Shown here one piece after another: positions 7,787 to 16,022 of a stretch of 24,474 bases of DNA. Source of the stretch: an uncultured Beijerinckiaceae bacterium. GTDB lineage: Bacteria > Pseudomonadota > Alphaproteobacteria > Rhizobiales > Beijerinckiaceae. The DNA lies in NCBI GenBank assembly GCA_964247205.1, contig CAXTUM010000001.1, forward strand, positions 1 to 24,474, written 5' to 3'. A model generated the notes under the pieces. The model ran no database searches. It was not told where the DNA came from and saw only the letters and a program-made list of their open reading frames with translations. The position numbers and the translations under genes are program-made. Each line of letters opens with the position of its first letter. Positions within the stretch are counted from its first letter, which is position 1.

Positions 7787-8980
7787 ATGAAGAAAATGAC
7801 TGCCGCCCGGCATGCGCGGCTCGATCTGACCACCAAGATGATGCTGGGAGGGCGCAATCCGGACGAGCAGTTCGGCTTCGTCAACACGCCGATCTACCGG
7901 GGCTCCACGGTCCTGAAGCCGACAGTCGCGGCGCTGAATGATCGCCACCATGCGCGCTTCGTCTATGGCACGCATGGCACGCCGACGACAGAAGCGCTCG
8001 AGAATGCCTGGACCGAGCTGTCCGGTGCGGCGGGAACGGTGCTTGTGCCTTCGGGGCTGGCGGCCGTCACAATCGCTTTCATGTCCTGCCTGAAAGCGGG
8101 AGATCATTTTCTGGTGCCGGACTCGGTCTATCGCCCGGCCCGCAACTTCTGCGATGGCGTGCTCAAGCGCATGGGTGTCGAGACGACCTACTACGATCCG
8201 CTGATAGGAGCTGGCATCAAGAAATTGATAAAGCCCAACACGGCGGCGGTTCACACCGAGGCACCGGGTTCGCAGACCTTCGAGATGCAGGACATTCCCG
8301 CCATCGCAGAGGTGGCCCACGCCCACGGCGCTGTCGTGCTGACCGACAACACATGGGGAACCCCGCTGTTGTTCCCGCCGCACGAGCGCGGGGTCGATCT
8401 CGCGATCGAGGCCGGCACCAAATATCTCGGCGGCCATTCCGATATCCTGCTTGGCATGATCTCGGCCAACGAGCGCTGCATCAAGCAGTTGCGCGACACG
8501 TTCATCGCCTTCGGCGCATGTCCCAGCCCCGAGGATGTCTGGCTGGGCCTGCGGGGTCTGCGCACCATGGAACTGCGGCTGCGGACGCAGGAGAAGAAGA
8601 CGCTTGAAATGGCGCGATGGCTCCAGAAGCGTCCTGAGGTGCTGCGCGTCCTGCATCCCGCACTGCCGGATGATCCGGGCCATGCCATCTGGAAGCGTGA
8701 TTTCAAAGGCTCATCGAGCCTGTTTTCCATCGTGCTGAAGCCGGTTCCCCACAAATCCGTGGAGGCCATGCTGAATGGCCTCAGCCTCTTCGGCATGGGC
8801 TTTTCCTGGGGCGGCTACGAGAGCCTGGCTGTGCCGTTCGACTGTTCTGAATACCGGACAGTGACGAAATTCAATCCGGGCGGGCCCTGCATCCGCCTGC
8901 AGATCGGCTTGGAATCGAACCGCGATCTGAAGGCGGATCTGGCCTCAGGTTTCAGGCGGCTGGCGAAAGCGGCGGCGTGA
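7787..8980 (+). CDS. metC: Cystathionine beta-lyase (PLP-dependent)
   Basis: VNTPIYRGSTV, YGTHGTPT, PSGLAAV, DNTWGTP, PLP lysine in EAGTKYLGGHSD, LRGLRTM, GFSWGGYESL; divergent metC next to aapJ is known rhizobial synteny. Start 7787 preferred over 7712. Confidence 0.93.
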   Translation: MKKMTAARHARLDLTTKMMLGGRNPDEQFGFVNTPIYRGSTVLKPTVAALNDRHHARFVYGTHGTPTTEALENAWTELSGAAGTVLVPSGLAAVTIAFMSCLKAGDHFLVPDSVYRPARNFCDGVLKRMGVETTYYDPLIGAGIKKLIKPNTAAVHTEAPGSQTFEMQDIPAIAEVAHAHGAVVLTDNTWGTPLLFPPHERGVDLAIEAGTKYLGGHSDILLGMISANERCIKQLRDTFIAFGACPSPEDVWLGLRGLRTMELRLRTQEKKTLEMARWLQKRPEVLRVLHPALPDDPGHAIWKRDFKGSSSLFSIVLKPVPHKSVEAMLNGLSLFGMGFSWGGYESLAVPFDCSEYRTVTKFNPGGPCIRLQIGLESNRDLKADLASGFRRLAKAAA

Positions 8981-8986
8981 GCCAAT

Positions 8987-9016
8987 AAAAAAGCCCCTGA
9001 AAACCAGAGGCTTTTT
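8987..9016. terminator. Bidirectional rho-independent terminator between metC and the L,D-transpeptidase
   Basis: AAAAAAGCCCCTG-AAAAC-CAGAGGCTTTTT: stem with one mismatch and A/T tracts on both sides, between convergent genes. Confidence 0.85.
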
Positions 9017-9040
9017 CAAAGTTCTGCTTGTCCAGTTTAA

Positions 9041-9640
9041 TCAGCGGACCACGACCTTGGCGCCGATCTTGGCGCGTTCGTGAAGATCGATCACATCGAC
9101 ATTGTGCATGCGGATGCAGCCAAGCGACACGTTCTGGCCGATGTATTCGGGCTCGTTCGTGCCGTGGATGCGGATGTAGGTGTCCTTGCCGTTTTCGTCG
9201 TGCAGATACAGCGCGCGGGCGCCAAGAGGATTATCCGGGCCGCCAAGCACCACCTTGGGAAGGGCAGGATTGAGCTTGCGGGCCTCTTCCATCGGAACCC
9301 ACTGCGGCCATTCCGCCTTGCGGAGAACCTTGGCGTCACCGCGCCAGGTGAACTCCTGCGCGCCGACCGAAATCTCGTAGCGCAGCATCGAGCCGTTGCC
9401 CTCGACGAAATACAGGAACTTCGAGTCGGAATCGATCACGATCGTGCCCGGCTCCTGCCCCGTGTTGTCCTTCATGCGCTGGCGCATGCGGAACGGGTCC
9501 TGATTGCGCGCGAAGGCAGGCGTCAGGGCCAGCAGCTCGACATCCTTCGCCGAGAGAGCGGGATCGGAAAATGTTTCGGTCCGGCAGCCGGCAACGAGTG
9601 TCGCGAGACCAAGGACGGAGATAAGGAGTGCTTTACGCAT
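9041..9640 (-). CDS. L,D-transpeptidase (YkuD/ErfK family), predicted lipoprotein, 199 aa
   Basis: Signal MRKALLISVLGLATLVAG-C with lipobox; GGPDNPLGARALYL, catalytic IHGT and SLGCIRM. Start set at 9640 rather than 9901. Confidence 0.92.
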   Translation of the reverse strand: MRKALLISVLGLATLVAGCRTETFSDPALSAKDVELLALTPAFARNQDPFRMRQRMKDNTGQEPGTIVIDSDSKFLYFVEGNGSMLRYEISVGAQEFTWRGDAKVLRKAEWPQWVPMEEARKLNPALPKVVLGGPDNPLGARALYLHDENGKDTYIRIHGTNEPEYIGQNVSLGCIRMHNVDVIDLHERAKIGAKVVVR

Positions 9641-9813
9641 GGGAAATCCGCTCAATTCAGCTTTATAGTAAACAATCAGTAACAAATTTTGAGATCGGAG
9701 GCGAGTGCAAATCGGCAACAGTCGGAAGTTGCTGCAATGCATCATACTCGGATATGGAACATGGTTAACGCGCACGGGCCCGATCCGGGGGATCGCCGAC
9801 AGGGTGCTGATTG

Positions 9814-10743
9814 ATGACAACGCTGTTTCTGACCCATGATGCGTTCGTGCGTCACGTAGTGCCGGAGGGACATCCGGAGCGTCCGGACCGGCTGCGTGCA
9901 CTGCGTCAAACGTTCGCCAGGAGTGAGTTTGACAATCTCATCCGCATCGAAGCGCCGCTCGCAGGCCTTAGCATGGCTGAACTGGCCCATCCCGGGAGCT
10001 ATATCGACACGATCCGCAGCCTTGCTCCCGCAGAGGGATTCGTCGGCATCGACGCCGATACGCTGATGTCGCCGGGTACGATGGAAGCAACCTTGCGGGC
10101 CCTTGGCGGGGCGGCGGCAGGGGTGGATGCCGTTTTTTCGGGTCAGGCGAAGAACGCCTTTCTGGCGGCGCGCCCGCCGGGCCATCACGCAGAAATGAAC
10201 CGGGCCATGGGCTTCTGCTTCTTCAATACTGCCGCCATTGCTGCCCGCCATGCGCAGAAGGCTCACGGAGCCGAGCGTGTGGCAATCATCGACTGGGATG
10301 TGCACCACGGCAACGGGACGCAGGATATCCTCTGGGGCGATGAGACCGTTCTCTATGCCTCCACGCACCAGATGCCGCTCTATCCCGGCACCGGCGCAAA
10401 ATCCGAAACCGGCGAGCACGGCACCATCGTCAATGCCCCGCTGCAGGCCGGTGACGGCGGCGAGGCCTTCCGCGCTGCCATGACCTCCGTGATCCTGCCC
10501 CGGATCGAAGCGCACAGGCCGGACCTGATCATCATCTCGGCCGGTTTTGACGCCCACCGCCGCGATCCGCTGGCCAACCTGCAGCTGGAGGCGGAGGATT
10601 TCGCCTGGGCGACGCGGGAATTGATGTCGATTGCGGACAGGCGCTGCGCATCGCGCATCGTATCGGTGCTGGAAGGCGGTTATGATCTGGTGGGGCTGGC
10701 CGAAAGCGCCTCTGCCCATGTGAAAGCGCTCATGCTGGCCTGA
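9814..10743 (+). CDS. Histone deacetylase-family (AcuC/HDAC-like) Zn-dependent deacetylase
   Basis: HPERPDR, RPPGHHA, GFCFFN, DWDVHHGNGT, SAGFDAH, LEGGY. Confidence 0.93.
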   Translation: MTTLFLTHDAFVRHVVPEGHPERPDRLRALRQTFARSEFDNLIRIEAPLAGLSMAELAHPGSYIDTIRSLAPAEGFVGIDADTLMSPGTMEATLRALGGAAAGVDAVFSGQAKNAFLAARPPGHHAEMNRAMGFCFFNTAAIAARHAQKAHGAERVAIIDWDVHHGNGTQDILWGDETVLYASTHQMPLYPGTGAKSETGEHGTIVNAPLQAGDGGEAFRAAMTSVILPRIEAHRPDLIIISAGFDAHRRDPLANLQLEAEDFAWATRELMSIADRRCASRIVSVLEGGYDLVGLAESASAHVKALMLA

Positions 10744-10748
10744 CGTGA

Positions 10749-10765
10749 TTGATGGCAGCCATCAA
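10749..10765. promoter_or_regulatory. Perfect 17-bp dyad (operator or short hairpin) upstream of the MFS gene
   Basis: TTGATGGC-A-GCCATCAA, followed by a candidate promoter TTGATG-N16-TAGTGT starting at 10769. Confidence 0.4.
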
Positions 10766-10815
10766 GAATTGATGCTTCGGCAAAAGCCGCTAGTGTGCGA
10801 GATATTCATCCCGCC

Positions 10816-11997
10816 ATGCGCACACCTTATGCCTCCATTGCCGCCGTACTGGTTTCTGTCCTTGCCCTGATTTCGGGCAATGCGCTGCTGAATACGCTCG
10901 TGCCTCTCCGGGGCAAGCTGGAAGGTTTTCCCAGCGTCACGCTTGGTTTGCTCGGGTCGGTGTTCTTTGCCGCCATGCTGGTCGGGACGCTGATCAATCC
11001 GCTTCTCATCAAGCGCATCGGCTACATCAGGGGCTATGCATGTTTTGCGGCCGTCGGCGTAGCAGCGGCGCTGGCCTATCCGTTCTTCGTTGATCCAGTC
11101 TCGTGGATCCTGCTCAGGGCCGTCATGGGTTTTGCGCTGGCGGGCCTGCACGGCATCATTGACGGCTGGGTGCAGGGCAAGGCGGACAACGAGAACCGCG
11201 GCCAGATGGGCGCCGCCTATCAGTTCGTGCATTTCATGGCTTCGGCGATAGGGCAGCTGCTCCTCAACATCGCGGACCCGAAAACGATCACCCTGTTCGT
11301 GCTGGCCGCCGCGCTCTTCTGCGCCTCTGTCCTGCCGCTCGCCCTGTCGCGGTCGGAGCCTCCGGCGCGGCCCCGGACGGCACGGCCGGAGCTTGGCTGG
11401 CTCCTGCGCAACGCGCCGGTGGCAGCCCTGGCTTCGCTGGGCGTTGGCGCGGCCAACGGCTCGTTCTGGTCGCTGTTTCCGGTGTTCGGCGTCGCCACTG
11501 GCCTGAGCAACTGGCATATCTCCGCTTTCCTCGCGGCTACGGTCTTTGGCTCTGCTGTCGCGATCTGGCCCATCGGTCGCATATCCGACCGGATGGACCG
11601 GCGCATCGTCATGGCGGTCCTGCTGCTGGCCGCGGCTGTCTTCGAACTGGTCCTGATGGTCTTTGGTCCCGCTCTCGGCTGGGCCATGGGCGCGCTCGGG
11701 TTTCTTGTCGGCATGGTGGCCATGACGGTCTATCCGATTGCCCTGTCGCATGCCAACGACCGGGCTGTTGCGGAGCGCTCTTTCGCGATCGCGTCGGGCG
11801 TGCTGTTCTTTTACTGCGTCGGTGCTGTCGCGGGCCCCGTCACGGCGGTCGCCATGATGGACCGGCTGGGACCGCAGGCCCTGTTCCTGTTCATGGCCAT
11901 CATTCACATTGCCGTGCTCGTCGTCACGGTGCTGCGCATCCTGCAACGGCAGCCTGCTGAAAACAGGATGCAGGCCGAGGCCGGGTTGCCGCCGTAG
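10816..11997 (+). CDS. MFS transporter (YcaD-like)
   Basis: About 12 hydrophobic segments; motif A-like PIGRISDRMDRR; G..GAVAGP in the C-terminal half. Start 10816 or 10795. Confidence 0.88.
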   Translation: MRTPYASIAAVLVSVLALISGNALLNTLVPLRGKLEGFPSVTLGLLGSVFFAAMLVGTLINPLLIKRIGYIRGYACFAAVGVAAALAYPFFVDPVSWILLRAVMGFALAGLHGIIDGWVQGKADNENRGQMGAAYQFVHFMASAIGQLLLNIADPKTITLFVLAAALFCASVLPLALSRSEPPARPRTARPELGWLLRNAPVAALASLGVGAANGSFWSLFPVFGVATGLSNWHISAFLAATVFGSAVAIWPIGRISDRMDRRIVMAVLLLAAAVFELVLMVFGPALGWAMGALGFLVGMVAMTVYPIALSHANDRAVAERSFAIASGVLFFYCVGAVAGPVTAVAMMDRLGPQALFLFMAIIHIAVLVVTVLRILQRQPAENRMQAEAGLPP

Positions 11998-12046
11998 TCC
12001 AGGTTGCCTAAAGCGATGCCATCATTCCCTACAAAGGTCCTGATCC

Positions 12047-12832
12047 ATGCAGATCGACAGCTCCATTTCAGCCATTGTCACCGGCGGTGCGTCCGGATTA
12101 GGCGAGGCGACCGCCCGCATGCTGCGCGCGAAGGGCGTGAAGGTCGGCATTCTCGACATGCAGGAAGAGCGCGGAAAGAAGGTTGCCATTGAAATCGGGG
12201 CCACTTTCCATCTCTGCAACGTCACGGACGAGGCGTCAGTTGATGCAGCCCTTGCTGCGGCCCGTGCCGCCAATGGCCAGGAGCGCATCCTTGCGAATTG
12301 CGCCGGTATCGCGCCCGGCAGGCGGATGATTTCGAAGAACAAGGAGACAGGCGCGCTCGTCGCACATGATATCGCCCATTTCACCAAACTCGTGATGGTG
12401 AACCTGGTTGGCACGTTCATCGTCACCTCAAAGTCGGCGGTCGGGATGGCCGCTCTGGCACCGGTTGATGCCGACGGGCAGCGCGGTGTGATCATCAATA
12501 CGGCGTCGGTCGCGGCAGAAGACGGCCAGATCGGGCAGGCGGCCTATGCCGCCTCCAAGGCCGGGGTGAAGGGCATGACGCTCCCTATTGCCCGTCACCT
12601 CGCCCAGTACGGCATCCGCATCTGTACGATCCTGCCCGGCATCTTCATCACGCCGATGTTCGACAGCCTCGACGAGACCTTCCAGAAAACGCTTGCCGCC
12701 AGCGTGCCGTTTCCGTCGCGCCTCGGCCAGCCCCAGGAATATGCCAAGCTTGCGGCGGCGATCATCGACAACGACATGCTCAACGGTGAGACGATCCGTC
12801 TTGATGGCGCGATCCGGCTCGCGCCCCGGTAG
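12047..12832 (+). CDS. SDR oxidoreductase, 3-hydroxyacyl-CoA dehydrogenase type II (HSD17B10-like)
   Basis: TGGASGLG, NCAGI, RGVIINTAS, EDGQIGQAAYAASK, MTLPIAR, LNGETIRLDGAIR. Confidence 0.92.
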   Translation: MQIDSSISAIVTGGASGLGEATARMLRAKGVKVGILDMQEERGKKVAIEIGATFHLCNVTDEASVDAALAAARAANGQERILANCAGIAPGRRMISKNKETGALVAHDIAHFTKLVMVNLVGTFIVTSKSAVGMAALAPVDADGQRGVIINTASVAAEDGQIGQAAYAASKAGVKGMTLPIARHLAQYGIRICTILPGIFITPMFDSLDETFQKTLAASVPFPSRLGQPQEYAKLAAAIIDNDMLNGETIRLDGAIRLAPR

Positions 12833-12841
12833 TCTGTCCCT

Positions 12842-13897
12842 ATGCGCCACTTCGCCCCCGACCATCTCACTCGCCTGACCACAGCCGTGTTCACTGCGGG
12901 GGGCTGGCCGGAGACTGATGCCGCCGAAGTGGCGCGGCATTTCACCCTGGCCAATCTTTCGGGGCACGACAGCCACGGCATCGGCATGCTGCCGCTGTAT
13001 ATCCACTCGTTCCGGGATGGCTTGCTGACGCCTGCCAATACTCCCGTTGACCGGACGGATGCGCCGCCTTTTCTGGTGATCGACGGGCAGATCGCGCTGG
13101 GACAACCCACGGCGATGCGTGCCGTTGCGCGTGCCGCCAGCATTGCAGAATCCCACGGTGTCGCGATCCTCAATCTGGTGGATGCCCATCACATCGGCCG
13201 CATTGGCGATTATGCCGAACAGGTGGCGGAGCGCGGCCTCATCTCGATGTTCTGGGTCAATGTGGCGGGCCGCCCGCCCATCGTAGCGGCCTATGGCGCG
13301 AAGGAAGGCCGCTGGGGCACCAATCCCCACGCCATCGGTGTGCCGTCAGCCGACGGAAACCATCTGATCCTCGATTTCGCCACCAGCCGCATGGCCCATG
13401 GCAAGGTCCGTGTCGCTCTGAACAGGGGCGTTCAAGTGCCCGAGGGATATCTCATCGACTCCGAGGGCCATCCGACAACAGATCCCGCAGTGGCATTCGC
13501 GCCCGGACCCCTGGGCGCACTTTTGCCTTTCGGCGAGCACAAGGGTGCGGGCCTGGCCTTCATGGTCGAGATTCTCTCGGCGGGCCTGACCGGAGGGGCG
13601 CTGATCAAGGACAAACCGGCCCGCAGCTGGATCATCAACAGCCTGTTCGGCATTCTCATTGATCCGTCGCGGCTGGACCCGGACGGTAAGGCGCGGGATG
13701 CACGGATTGCCTCGGTCACGGACTTCCTCCGCGCGGCGCAGCCTCGGGACCCGGCCAGTCCCGTGCGCGCACCCGGCGATGTCGAGCGTGAATTGCGGGT
13801 TGCGCGCCTGCGCGACGGCATTCCCCTTGATGACGAGACGTGGCGACAGATCAGGGATGCTGCTGCCAGTTTCGAAGTGGACGCGGAAACGATATGA
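12842..13897 (+). CDS. hcxB: Ldh_2-family (malate/lactate/ureidoglycolate) dehydrogenase, HcxB/YbiC-like
   Basis: ANLSGHDSHGIGMLPLY, HHIGRIG, GTNPHAIG, LDFATS, LLPFGEHKG, PGDVER. Confidence 0.8.
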   Translation: MRHFAPDHLTRLTTAVFTAGGWPETDAAEVARHFTLANLSGHDSHGIGMLPLYIHSFRDGLLTPANTPVDRTDAPPFLVIDGQIALGQPTAMRAVARAASIAESHGVAILNLVDAHHIGRIGDYAEQVAERGLISMFWVNVAGRPPIVAAYGAKEGRWGTNPHAIGVPSADGNHLILDFATSRMAHGKVRVALNRGVQVPEGYLIDSEGHPTTDPAVAFAPGPLGALLPFGEHKGAGLAFMVEILSAGLTGGALIKDKPARSWIINSLFGILIDPSRLDPDGKARDARIASVTDFLRAAQPRDPASPVRAPGDVERELRVARLRDGIPLDDETWRQIRDAAASFEVDAETI

Positions 13898-13900
13898 GGT

Positions 13901-15625
13901 TTAACGGCTGTCCATCAGGCCGGAATCGATCAGCCGTCGGTGGAAGGCCAGAATAGCGCCTTCATCCGCGCAGGTGTGATAGCGCCCGTTGCACTGGAGC
14001 ATCAACCGCTTGCGCTCGCGGTAGGCATCGGACAGCGGCAGCCGTGCGGCATCCAGCAGGGCCAGCCCAAGATACGGCACATCCATGACCTGCAGGTCAT
14101 AGGGTTGCGGAGCCCTGAAGTTCTGGGTGGCGATGGAATAATAAGTGATGAAGCCCGGCCCTTCGGCGGAAAGCTTGATGTCCTCCACCTCGGTCTCTTC
14201 CTTCTGCCCCAGCAGCATGCGCGTGGCGCTCGGCTGGTGATCGCCGTAGTTGACGATGACAAAGCTTTCGGCGGGAAAACGCCGCTTGAGTTCAGCCAGC
14301 AGCCACTTGTAGTCCTTCGCGCCCAGCGAAATGCGGCGCAGATATTCATTCAATTCAGGGTGAATGCCCGCTGCACCGCCCTTCACGTCCTGATCGGGGA
14401 ACATCTTCCAGTCATAGGGCCAATGGGCCGACATGGTCTGAATGAAAGTGAACAGCGGCTTGTCGCTCGCCTTGAAGTGCCGCTCCATCTCGTCCATCGC
14501 ATTGGCGTAGTAGAACTGGTCACGCTCGTTGGTGGTCGGGGCTTTCTGGTCCTTCATGTCGAAGATTTCCTTGAGTCCGATGGACTCGTAGAACCGGGCA
14601 TTCGACACGAAATTCTTCATCATGGGATAAAAGATGACATTGCGGTAACCGCAATCCGCCAGCACCTGCGGGACGGTCTCGCGGACTTTTCCCTCCATGA
14701 AGGCCTGCACGAACTGCCGCATCGAGCCGAATGAGTGGGTGGAAACGCCGGCCAGCACGGAAAATTCCGTCAGCCATGACGCGCCGCCATAGGTCTCGAC
14801 CCGCATCCTGTGCAGCTTGCCGTCATGCGACTGGAAAAACGGATCGGCGGACCGGTCATATTCGAGCCCGGGGAAATGCGATGGCGGCACCACCGATTCC
14901 TGATGGATCAGGATGATATGCGGCTTCTTGTTGGGCGTGGCGCAGGCGCCGAGCGGCGCAAACAGCGGCCCGCTGGCCTGCGGCGCGGCTTCCAGCATCT
15001 GCCCGCGCCAGACCGTGCGGACTGTTTCCGGCATAGAGCCATAATAGGTCGAGAGATAGCGGCCGCCGTAGTAGAGATGCATATGCCGGCGTTCGCCCTG
15101 CGCCTCGTTGATCGCAACACTGGCAGCACCCAGTGCGAGGAAGGCCACACCTGCTTTCCAGCGTGCGGTTCTTGCACCATCCAGCCGGTATACCAGTATC
15201 GCAAGGACCAGGCTTCCTGCCAGGGCGCCGAGCAGACCGAAGGCATAAAGCGGGTAGGACGTCGCCAGAAACTCGACCGTCGACCACGACCGCAGATAGA
15301 AATAGAGGTCATAGGCATGCACCAGCATGTCCATTGTCTTGAGCTTGACGATTGCGGCGACGCAGACAATTCCGACCTGTGAGGCAGCCAGAATCGTTGC
15401 GAACAGCATCCGGCCCGACAGCGCTGCGAAGAATGCGATGATCGCCCCTGTGACCGCCACCGAATAGGCAGCGTTGGCATGAGGCCATTCGTTCATCCAG
15501 AAAAAACTGATCATGACGAGACAGATCGCCAGGACCAATGCCCAGGACACCCTGGCCGAGAAAGACCCGGCGCTTTGACCGGCTGGCCCTGTCGATGCCA
15601 GCTTCTGCGCCGTGATATCTGTCAC
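13901..15625 (-). CDS. LTA-synthase/sulfatase-family membrane phospho-headgroup transferase (LtaS/CgmB-like), 574 aa, GTG start
   Basis: N-terminal TM bundle; ILIHQES metal ligand, GGASWLTEF nucleophile loop, TMSAHWPY, YGDHQP; RBS GGGGGA. Confidence 0.82.
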   Translation of the reverse strand: MTDITAQKLASTGPAGQSAGSFSARVSWALVLAICLVMISFFWMNEWPHANAAYSVAVTGAIIAFFAALSGRMLFATILAASQVGIVCVAAIVKLKTMDMLVHAYDLYFYLRSWSTVEFLATSYPLYAFGLLGALAGSLVLAILVYRLDGARTARWKAGVAFLALGAASVAINEAQGERRHMHLYYGGRYLSTYYGSMPETVRTVWRGQMLEAAPQASGPLFAPLGACATPNKKPHIILIHQESVVPPSHFPGLEYDRSADPFFQSHDGKLHRMRVETYGGASWLTEFSVLAGVSTHSFGSMRQFVQAFMEGKVRETVPQVLADCGYRNVIFYPMMKNFVSNARFYESIGLKEIFDMKDQKAPTTNERDQFYYANAMDEMERHFKASDKPLFTFIQTMSAHWPYDWKMFPDQDVKGGAAGIHPELNEYLRRISLGAKDYKWLLAELKRRFPAESFVIVNYGDHQPSATRMLLGQKEETEVEDIKLSAEGPGFITYYSIATQNFRAPQPYDLQVMDVPYLGLALLDAARLPLSDAYRERKRLMLQCNGRYHTCADEGAILAFHRRLIDSGLMDSR

Positions 15626-15647
15626 TTAGTCCCCCACCGGCAAGATC

Positions 15648-15665
15648 ATGACACTCATATGACAT
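15648..15665 (-). promoter_or_regulatory. Pho-box-like tandem repeat upstream of the LtaS-like gene
   Basis: Minus strand ATGTCAT-ATGA-GTGTCAT: two 6/7 matches to CTGTCAT at 11-bp period, overlapping a CATAAT -10-like hexamer (15669-15664). Confidence 0.5.
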
Positions 15666-16022
15666 TATGCCGACTGAACAATGGGTGAAGCCCCTGAAAA
15701 ATTGTCATGAAAATGCGTATGGTCTCATCGCAGGCATGGGCCGGTCTGCCGGTCTGAACATCAGGTTCACGGAAATGTGCGCTTTTGTGACGAAACCGTA
15801 ATACTGGATTCACTATTCGTGAACCTGAATATCCTATATGGATGTTCATCTGGCGTTCATCATTCCGGGGCGTTCCGCGAAATGGTGGATTGGGTCGGCA
15901 GGCTTCATCTCCTGCTGAAACCACAAGGACCAGAACCAGATCGGCCGGCGAGAGGCGTCCGCAGCCGTAACATCCGTTTCACATTTCAGGACGGCGCTGT
16001 CCCGGGCGCCGAATGAATTCCC

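Noticed and set aside
9641-9901. N-terminal extension of the L,D-transpeptidase ORF
   Set aside because: Overlaps the deacetylase start and promoter region; the lipoprotein signal begins at 9640.
15967-15984. GTAACAT-N4-TTCACAT repeat upstream of opgC
   Set aside because: Only 4/7 per half against the Pho consensus; too degenerate to assign.
15777-16016. 79-aa ORF in the LtaS-opgC spacer (also 15655-15924 on the minus strand)
   Set aside because: No RBS, atypical AT-rich codons, no motif; the region is better explained as regulatory.
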